Source of the DNA: Rhodospirillales bacterium
GTDB taxonomy: Bacteria > Pseudomonadota > Alphaproteobacteria > Acetobacterales > Acetobacteraceae
NCBI GenBank assembly: GCA_028869995.1
Contig: JAGWQN010000093.1
Coordinates: 81,336 to 145,335 of the forward strand
DNA: 64,000 nucleotides
Direction of reading: 5' to 3'
The position numbers and the translations under genes are program-made. The stretch's first letter is position 1. Each line of letters opens with the position of its first letter. Below are positions 1 through 6,626 of the stretch, one piece after another. Under the pieces are notes generated by a model that saw only the letters and a program-made list of their open reading frames with translations, had not been told where the DNA came from and ran no database searches.

Positions 1-873
1 CCGGACTCCGCGACCAAGGCCGGAGCGCTCGAGTCCGGCGAGCAGGATTGGTGGGAAAATCCGGACATCGATCTGATCAGCTCGCTGAAGTCGACCGGCA
101 AGATCGCCACCCGCGTCACCGATGTCACCGGGGAAATCGGCTGCCTCCGTTTCAACTGGCTCTATCCGCCGTTCGACAAGCCGGAAATCCGGCGCCTGGT
201 CCTGCGCGCGATGAACCAGAAGGAAGTGATGGCCGCCGTCGCCGGCGCCGAGCCGAGCATCATCAAGACCGATGTCGGCATCTTCGTGCCCGGCACGCCG
301 ATGGCCTCGACCACGGGCGTCGCCGTGACGCACGGGGTCAAGGATCCGGCCAGCCTCAAGCCGGAACTCGAGAAGGCCGGCTACAAGGGTGAGAAGATCA
401 CCGTGCTGGTGGCGACCAATTTCCCGGTCATCAACAGCGAAGGCCTGGTCTGCGTCGACGTGCTGAAGAAGATGGGCTTCAACGTCGAGCTCGCATCGCT
501 CGACTGGGGGACGGTGGTGCAACGGCGTGCGGTGATGAAGCCGCCTGCCCAGGGTGGGTGGAACATCTTCTTCACCTTCCTCGGCGGCATCGGCAACATC
601 ACGCCGGTTGCGAACATCGCGATCCGGGGCAACGGCAAGCATGCCTGGTTCGGCTGGCCGACCATGCCGGAGATGCAGAAATTGCTGACGGCATGGCTGA
701 ACGCGCCGGACGTCCCAGCCCAGCAGAAGATCTGCGAGCAGATGCAGCAGGTGTTTTGGAAGGATGTGCCCTACGTGCCGCTCGGCATGTACCAGCAGCC
801 GACCGCCTACCGCACCTACCTCAAGGACATCCGCATGGGCTTCCCGCAGATGTACGGCGTCCGCCGCGTCTGA
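1..873 (+). CDS. ABC transporter substrate-binding protein, family 5 (peptide/nickel/opine type), C-terminal fragment; 5' end lies outside the window
   Basis: Frame +1 is open from base 1 (PDSATKAGALESGEQDWWENPDIDL...). The translation continues through WFGWPTMPEMQKLL and VPLGMYQQPTAYRTYLK, typical of the C-terminal lobe of family-5 periplasmic binding proteins. Stop TGA at 871-873. Confidence 0.85.
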   Translation, partial: PDSATKAGALESGEQDWWENPDIDLISSLKSTGKIATRVTDVTGEIGCLRFNWLYPPFDKPEIRRLVLRAMNQKEVMAAVAGAEPSIIKTDVGIFVPGTPMASTTGVAVTHGVKDPASLKPELEKAGYKGEKITVLVATNFPVINSEGLVCVDVLKKMGFNVELASLDWGTVVQRRAVMKPPAQGGWNIFFTFLGGIGNITPVANIAIRGNGKHAWFGWPTMPEMQKLLTAWLNAPDVPAQQKICEQMQQVFWKDVPYVPLGMYQQPTAYRTYLKDIRMGFPQMYGVRRV

Positions 874-885
874 GCCTCGGCCACC

Positions 886-910
886 GGGGGTCGCCGCTCA
901 GGCGACCCCC
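886..910. terminator. GC-rich hairpin between convergent genes (10-bp stem, 5-nt loop)
   Basis: gggggtcgcc (886-895) and ggcgaccccc (901-910) are perfect reverse complements. It lies 13 nt after the binding-protein stop and about 90 nt after the stop of the convergent giant gene. No clear U-tract on either strand. Confidence 0.5.
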
Positions 911-1002
911 AACGCTGAACCCCAAGGCGGTGCGGCTCGCCGGGCAGTTGCAACACACCTCCCCGTCTCCATCCGCACCCGATTTGCAACCAGGCCCGCT
1001 GC

Positions 1003-4000
1003 TTATCTGCCCGTGTCGCGACTTCGGGCCTGAACACCGTCATGCCGGTGCGCAGCACCCCCGGCTCCCGAGCGCACCCAGCCGCGTTCAGCGGTCATCA
1101 GATCGAAGGCAAAACGACGCCTGCTCCGCACATCGATCTCACCGGCGCCATTCGTCCATCGCCAAGCCGGCTCGACCTCATGCCACCCGGCCCCCAGCCG
1201 GGGATCGTCAAGCCCGATCCGCCTGCCGTCGAGCGCAAGCCGCGCGACCGCGACGCCAAGCCGCCGCATATCGCGGCCCTCCGCCGTGGTCTCGCCGGGC
1301 CTGCCATGCAGCGAAACGAGCCGCAGCAGCCGCGCCCCCGTCGGGAGGCCAACCGAATAGCGCCGCCCGCGCCGCGTGGCGGCGATCGGCGTCCCATCCA
1401 CCTCGATCTGCGGCACCGCCGTCTCGAGCTGCCAGCCAAGCGCCCGGGCACGGTCCAGCAGTCTCCCCCTGGCGGCAACCAGCGCCGGGCCTTCGAGCAC
1501 CAGGTCGGCACAGCCGGCCTGCAGCCATGCCTCGCGGCCGAACGCCGGATGCAACATCGCCATGGTGCCCGCGGCCTCGAAGGCGTGACGGTTGCCGGTG
1601 TCGAGATAGCTTTCGCAGGCGAGCCCCTCCGCCAGGACCACGTCGTGCTCGTCAAGCTCGACATGGAAATAAGTGACGCTCGCCACGTCCTCCTGTACGA
1701 CCGTGACGCCGTTCAGCAGGTAGCGGACAGGTATCAGGTTTCCCCCGACATACACGGCGTGATCGGGAGACAGCAGAAGATCCCGATGTGGCACGTCTGG
1801 CGCGAACGCGTGTCTGCACACGCGTACGGGATTGACGTCCCACGGCCGCGGATGGCGCACCGGCGCCAGGCGTCGGCGTCCCACCCATTGCACCGTCCGA
1901 AGACGCCCGGACGGAGTCACCAGCCGCATGCCAGCTTGCAACGTCTCCACGGCTCTCTCGCCGTCGACGCTCAGAATTCTTGTCCCCGACGCAAAACATG
2001 CGACGAAGACATTCGTGCCGCCTTGACCGTCGTTTGCAATACCGAACGATGACGTGCTGAACGCTCCAGGAAGAGACAGCGTCTCGTTGCGGGTCAAGCC
2101 GCCTGCCGTGCCCACCAGCGTGAGCATGCCGTTCCCGAAGGCCGACTGGGTCGCCGTAAACCCATTGATATCGATCGTATCGCCGACCGTGAAACCCTCG
2201 AAGCTCAGATAGATCGAGCCGGTATCGACCACCTCACCGACACCGAGGCCGGCAACGTTGCCGGCGACGGTCCATTGCGATCCAGGGTCGAAAACAACCG
2301 TCCCGAATCCCACGATGCTCGTGCCGAAGCCCGCGAGCGTGCCTGCCTGCGCCCCGGCAGCGAGCTCCAGGGTCTGTCCATACCGGCCCGGTCCTGTGCC
2401 ATACAATCCGACATAGCCGGCGAGCACCGCCGTCGGCGCCAGCACGACACGATCCGTCGCGGCACCCTCGAGGCGCACACCTCCGGTGATCGTTCCGTTG
2501 TCGATGAGGACACCGCTCGACTGAAACGAGACACCTGTCGCGCCGGCAATCTGCCCGCCCGCAGCGTTGAGCAGCGTCGCGCCATTACGGATCACCGCGC
2601 CTACACCCGCGCCGCTGATGCTCCCTTCGTTGATGGCAACGCCGGGTGCGGCCATCAGCAGCCCTTGGTACGCCGAGAGGATCGTTCCGCTCGCGAGATT
2701 GGTAAAGGAATTAGCGCCAGGCGCGTAGATATTGACGCCGGCGCCCTTCGGTCCGGCCGTCACGAACCCGGCATTCACCATGCTACCGGCGCCGTCGAGG
2801 TAGACGCCGTCGAAGCCGCCCGCGATGGTCGCTCCCTGCGCATTGGAAACGAAGCCGCCGTCATAGAGATACAGACCGACCCCGACCGACGGGTTGGCAT
2901 TGATGATCCGGCCCTCGTTGACGACGGTCCACGGCTGGCCGCCGTGTTCGAGCATTGCCGTGAACTTCGAGTTCACCGAGACAGCGCCCGTCACGGTCAC
3001 CGCGTCGGCATAGAGCGTTGGATCGAGATTGACCTGCGCGCCATACGTGCCCGTCAGCACCGATCTCGGTGTTCCCGGTCCGGTCGCGGTCAGCAGCACA
3101 CCACCTGCGCCATCCGTGGCGAGGCCGAACGCACCCGCACCGAGCGGCGTTGGCATCCGCAGCTCGGCGGTCGCGCTGCCCGACGAAAGCAGGGTGACAA
3201 CACCACCGCTCACAGCAACCGAGCTTGCCGTCACGCCCTGTATGTCAATCGTATCGCCGGGCATGAAGCCGCGGATCAGGCCGGCAAGCGCCCCCGTGCC
3301 GCCGATCACGTCCCAGGTCGCGCCTTGGCTGATGTCGATATAGGAGAAATCGGTGAACCCGGCGATGGTGCCAACGCCGCTTCCGGTCGTCAGCACCAGA
3401 TCGCTGGTGTAGGTGCCGCCGATCGTGTTGCCGCCGATGATGGATCCAAGGAACTGAGCACCGGCATAGGCGACGAGCTCGTTGTCGTGCCCGGCGGCGA
3501 AGGCCACCGCCGTGCCGCCCGCCGCCAGCGCGGCGATGGTGCCGGCGTTCCACACCACCGCGCTCGCGCCGGCGAGCGTGCTCGGCACGGCCACGCCGAG
3601 TGTGGATCCCTCGATGATGCCGCCCGCTGCGTTCAGAAGTCCCAGGTTTCCGGCGGCATAAAGCCCGGTCCCGGCGGTTGCGAGGATGGTCCCTGCGTTG
3701 GTCACGTTGCCGCCCGCCAGCAGCGACACGCCGAAGCTCGCTCCACCAATGAACCCGTGGGCGAGGTTCTGCAGCGTCCCTTTGGACCCGCTCGCCTGCC
3801 CCAGGCCCACGCCGGCGATCCCGCTCGCGCTGATCGTGCCGGCGTTGGTCAGCATGAACGCGTTCTGGGCCTCGATGCCGTATTGGGTGCCGAGGATGCT
3901 GGCACCACCCGTGTTGTCGATCAGGCCCGTGAGCGTGCCGCTGTTACTGAAGATCAGGCCCGCGCCGGCAGGCCCGCTGGCGGTGATGCGCCCCTGGTTG

Positions 4001-6546
4001 AGAAGGGTCGCATAGCTACCGCGGACGTCGACGCCCGCGCTCGCGCCGCCGATCAGGCCCGTCGTGGCATTGGTGATCGAGAGGGTCCCTGGACCGGCAC
4101 CGCCAACTGCGGCGGACACGCCGGCACTGAGCGAGCCCTCGATCGTTCCCGTGTTGAGCAGCGTCTGCACATCGTCAACGCCGACCTGGCCCGTGACCAT
4201 GCCGGCATTATCCAGCGTCAGCACGCCCGTCAGATTGCGGATGCCGTCGGTGCTGCCGGCACCGCCGATCGAGGCACCGGACGCGTTGGTGAGAGAACCA
4301 CCGTCGCCGAAAAGGGCGCCATAGGCGCCGCCAATCGACCCCTCATTGACGAGACTCCAGCTCTGCGCCGCGCTGATGCCGAGCTCCGCGGTCCCGAGAT
4401 TCGTGACGCTTGCGGCATAATATGGCGCGGTCAGGCGAATGGGCCGCGCATAGGTTCCCGTCAGGGTCGCGATCGCGCTCGAGACGATCGTTCGATCGGT
4501 GGTCAGCACGGTGGCGCCGCCGACAGGGCTCAGGGTGAAATGCCCCGCCGAAAGCGGCGCCGCCAGATCGAGCGTGACAGGCCCGGAAGCCCCTCCGTTG
4601 AGCGTCAGGAACGGTCCGGAAAACGCATAGCTGCTGGCTGCCAGACCGTTCAGCGTGATCGCGTCGCCCGCCTGGAAACCGCGGATGATGAGGTTTTGGC
4701 TGACGGCGCCGTAGGTGAACCCGGTGTATGTGCCGCCCACATCCCAGCTCGCGCCGGCTGCGAAGGCCAGCGTGCTGAAGCCCTGATATTGCGTGCCGAA
4801 ACCGCTCAGCGATGCAGCCGTCGTGCCGCCGAGCAGGAGATCCGTGCCATAGACCCGTCCCTCGAACACCGCCCCCGGCAGCACGGCGACGAGCACCGCG
4901 GATGCGGCGACCGCCGCGCCAGCAATCGTGCCGGCGTTCACCAGCGTTCCGGCGTCGATGCCGCTACCCGCCAGAACAACGCCCGCCCCGGCTGCCGCCG
5001 AGATCAATCCTCCGGTCGCGTTCAGGACATACCCGCCGCTGGAAAACGTCACGGCGGCGTGCGGGGTCACGCCGGTGTCCACGATGGTCCCGGAATTCGA
5101 CAGCACGGCCGGGCCATTCGACGCATAGACCCCGGCATCGACCCCGCTGATCCACCCGGACGTGGTGTTCGTCAGCGCAACGCCACCGCGCAGGGAAACG
5201 CCGGTGCCGTTCGACGCCGAACTCGTCGCATGCCCAACGCCCGCGATCGTGCCGCTGTTGACGATGGCCGTGGCGGACCCGCCCGACGCCGAGGTGGCAT
5301 AGACACCGTTCCAGCCGCCGATGGATCCGCTGTTGCTCAGCACGCCGTTGCCGAGCCGCGCCGCATCGGCATAGCTCGCCGTGGCTGTAACGAGACCCGT
5401 GTTGATGGCCGAGGCCGCGCTGACCCGCAGCCCGGCGCTGATCAGCCCGTCATTGACCAGCGTCGCGCCGTCGGTGACCAACGCTCCGCCTGCGATCGTG
5501 CCCGCCTGCGCATTGTCCAGCAGTCCCGCGGCATAGAATCCAACGGCGTTGTCGCCGGCGAGCGTGCTGGCGGACAGAATGGCGCCCTCGTTGACGATCG
5601 TCTGCGTACCGCCACGTGCCGCGAGGCCACCTTCCGAACTCGCCACCACCCCGCCCGACGCGTTGGTGAACACGCCATTCCCGATCAGCTCGACGGCATT
5701 CCCCGCACCGACGCCGCTGGCGGTGATGAGGCCGGTGTTGACGATGCTGTTGGCGCCGCTCAGGCTCCCGGGCTGGTCGACGTAGATCGCACCGGCGTAG
5801 CCGGCGATGGTCCCGGCGTTGATCAGCCTTGCCCCGCCGAGGAGTTCGACGCCGGCAACCCCGAATCCGGTCGCCACAATGGTCCCGGCATTGGTGACCG
5901 CCGCACCGATCGCCGCCACGCCGGCGCCACCCGACGAAGAGATCGAGGCGGCGCTGGTGCTCGCGCCCGCGATCGTGATCACGCCGCCCGCGGCATTGGT
6001 TAGCGCGTCCCCGCTGCCGAGGCGCACGGCCGTCCCATAACTCGCCCGCGCGGAGATCGTGCCGGCATTGACGGCGAGCCCCCCGCTTGCGGCGGCGAGA
6101 TCGAGCCCGACCGCGCCGCCGAGGATCATCCCGCCCGTCACATTATCGACAACGCCGCCGGCGCCGAGAAACGCCGCAATGCCCTCGACGTGGCCGTTCG
6201 GTCCGATGGTGCCGCCGCCCGTCTCAAGCGCCACGAGCGTGCCGGCATTGGTGAGAGTGCCGACGGCGCCCGTAATCACGGCTCCGGCGTCGTAGCCGCT
6301 GATCAGCGCGCCGGCAGCGTTGCTGACCAGGCCGCCGGCGGCGAGGGAAACGCCTGTCCCTTCATCGGCGCTCGCCAGCACCGTTCCGGTGTTGACGACA
6401 TCCCAGGCGCCCGTCGCAGCGACCCCGAAGAGGCCGCCAAGCCCCGCCGCCACGGCAATCGTACCCTCGAGAGTGACCGGGCTCGCATAGGCTGGCGCTG
6501 ACAGCGAGAGGCTCACCGTGCGCAAGCCCGTGATCGTCTGCGACAA
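1003..6546 (-). CDS. Giant (1,847 aa) Gly/Ala/Thr/Ser-rich repeat protein with three passenger-like modules, a C-terminal Hint (bacterial intein-like) domain and an unknown tail
   Basis: Uninterrupted 5.5-kb ORF. TTG start at 6544-6546 is preceded by GAGGAGGAGAGC (strong SD). Dozens of NAGTI/NxGxI-type repeats. A cassette GF-x2-GD-x-I-(D/T)-(I/L)-x-G recurs three times (IRGFQAGDAITLNG, IRGFMPGDTIDIQG, FEGFTVGDTIDING). It ends with CFASGTRIL...LLLSPDHAVYV...VVLAEGLACESYLDTGNR, typical of Hint_2-type domains. Confidence 0.9.
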   Translation of the reverse strand: MSQTITGLRTVSLSLSAPAYASPVTLEGTIAVAAGLGGLFGVAATGAWDVVNTGTVLASADEGTGVSLAAGGLVSNAAGALISGYDAGAVITGAVGTLTNAGTLVALETGGGTIGPNGHVEGIAAFLGAGGVVDNVTGGMILGGAVGLDLAAASGGLAVNAGTISARASYGTAVRLGSGDALTNAAGGVITIAGASTSAASISSSGGAGVAAIGAAVTNAGTIVATGFGVAGVELLGGARLINAGTIAGYAGAIYVDQPGSLSGANSIVNTGLITASGVGAGNAVELIGNGVFTNASGGVVASSEGGLAARGGTQTIVNEGAILSASTLAGDNAVGFYAAGLLDNAQAGTIAGGALVTDGATLVNDGLISAGLRVSAASAINTGLVTATASYADAARLGNGVLSNSGSIGGWNGVYATSASGGSATAIVNSGTIAGVGHATSSASNGTGVSLRGGVALTNTTSGWISGVDAGVYASNGPAVLSNSGTIVDTGVTPHAAVTFSSGGYVLNATGGLISAAAGAGVVLAGSGIDAGTLVNAGTIAGAAVAASAVLVAVLPGAVFEGRVYGTDLLLGGTTAASLSGFGTQYQGFSTLAFAAGASWDVGGTYTGFTYGAVSQNLIIRGFQAGDAITLNGLAASSYAFSGPFLTLNGGASGPVTLDLAAPLSAGHFTLSPVGGATVLTTDRTIVSSAIATLTGTYARPIRLTAPYYAASVTNLGTAELGISAAQSWSLVNEGSIGGAYGALFGDGGSLTNASGASIGGAGSTDGIRNLTGVLTLDNAGMVTGQVGVDDVQTLLNTGTIEGSLSAGVSAAVGGAGPGTLSITNATTGLIGGASAGVDVRGSYATLLNQGRITASGPAGAGLIFSNSGTLTGLIDNTGGASILGTQYGIEAQNAFMLTNAGTISASGIAGVGLGQASGSKGTLQNLAHGFIGGASFGVSLLAGGNVTNAGTILATAGTGLYAAGNLGLLNAAGGIIEGSTLGVAVPSTLAGASAVVWNAGTIAALAAGGTAVAFAAGHDNELVAYAGAQFLGSIIGGNTIGGTYTSDLVLTTGSGVGTIAGFTDFSYIDISQGATWDVIGGTGALAGLIRGFMPGDTIDIQGVTASSVAVSGGVVTLLSSGSATAELRMPTPLGAGAFGLATDGAGGVLLTATGPGTPRSVLTGTYGAQVNLDPTLYADAVTVTGAVSVNSKFTAMLEHGGQPWTVVNEGRIINANPSVGVGLYLYDGGFVSNAQGATIAGGFDGVYLDGAGSMVNAGFVTAGPKGAGVNIYAPGANSFTNLASGTILSAYQGLLMAAPGVAINEGSISGAGVGAVIRNGATLLNAAGGQIAGATGVSFQSSGVLIDNGTITGGVRLEGAATDRVVLAPTAVLAGYVGLYGTGPGRYGQTLELAAGAQAGTLAGFGTSIVGFGTVVFDPGSQWTVAGNVAGLGVGEVVDTGSIYLSFEGFTVGDTIDINGFTATQSAFGNGMLTLVGTAGGLTRNETLSLPGAFSTSSFGIANDGQGGTNVFVACFASGTRILSVDGERAVETLQAGMRLVTPSGRLRTVQWVGRRRLAPVRHPRPWDVNPVRVCRHAFAPDVPHRDLLLSPDHAVYVGGNLIPVRYLLNGVTVVQEDVASVTYFHVELDEHDVVLAEGLACESYLDTGNRHAFEAAGTMAMLHPAFGREAWLQAGCADLVLEGPALVAARGRLLDRARALGWQLETAVPQIEVDGTPIAATRRGRRYSVGLPTGARLLRLVSLHGRPGETTAEGRDMRRLGVAVARLALDGRRIGLDDPRLGAGWHEVEPAWRWTNGAGEIDVRSRRRFAFDLMTAERGWVRSGAGGAAHRHDGVQARSRDTGR
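1006..1587 (-). other. Uncharacterised Arg/Trp-containing C-terminal domain (about 194 aa) downstream of the Hint domain
   Basis: Sequence HAFEAAGTMAMLHPAFGREAWLQAGCADLVLEG...GAGWHEVEPAWRWTNGAGEIDVRSRRRFAFDL. I recognise no family. Confidence 0.5.
1588..1998 (-). other. Hint / bacterial intein-like (BIL) autoprocessing domain of the giant protein (aa 1517 to about 1653)
   Basis: Cys1517 (codon at 1996-1998) opens the motif CFASGTRI. A block-B-like SPDH follows about 75 aa later. The AEGLxxES end motif is present. The position immediately after the third module cassette (..TNVFVA|C) fits an N-terminal cleavage junction. Confidence 0.7.
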
Positions 6547-6626
6547 GCTCTCCTCCTCTAGGCGGGGACACTCAAAGCTAGACTAGCCCTGATGGGCCCG
6601 CCATCGGCAGACGACGGGCGGGCCTT

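Noticed and set aside
558-2052. Plus-strand ORFs 558-1676 (372 aa) and 1042-2052 (336 aa) spanning the binding-protein 3' end, the spacer and the Hint gene 3' end
   Set aside because: They overlap two well-supported genes out of frame or antisense. They read as Arg/Pro-rich non-protein-like sequence and cross a terminator hairpin.
2275-6003. 1,242-aa ORF on the plus strand, antisense to the giant Hint-domain gene, plus many 60-130-aa ORFs in the same region
   Set aside because: The translation is Arg/Ala/Gly/Asp-rich low-complexity sequence with no motifs. It mirrors the GC3-rich codons of the minus-strand gene. This is a typical high-GC shadow ORF, and the minus-strand frame has the coherent repeat and domain architecture.
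6595-6624. Hairpin ggcccgcc / ggcgggcc immediately after the helicase stop
   Set aside because: An 8-bp stem with a 14-nt loop and no U-tract on the minus strand. It may help terminate the helicase transcript, but it is too weak to list as a terminator. It sits just upstream of the giant gene's SD and could equally be part of that gene's leader.
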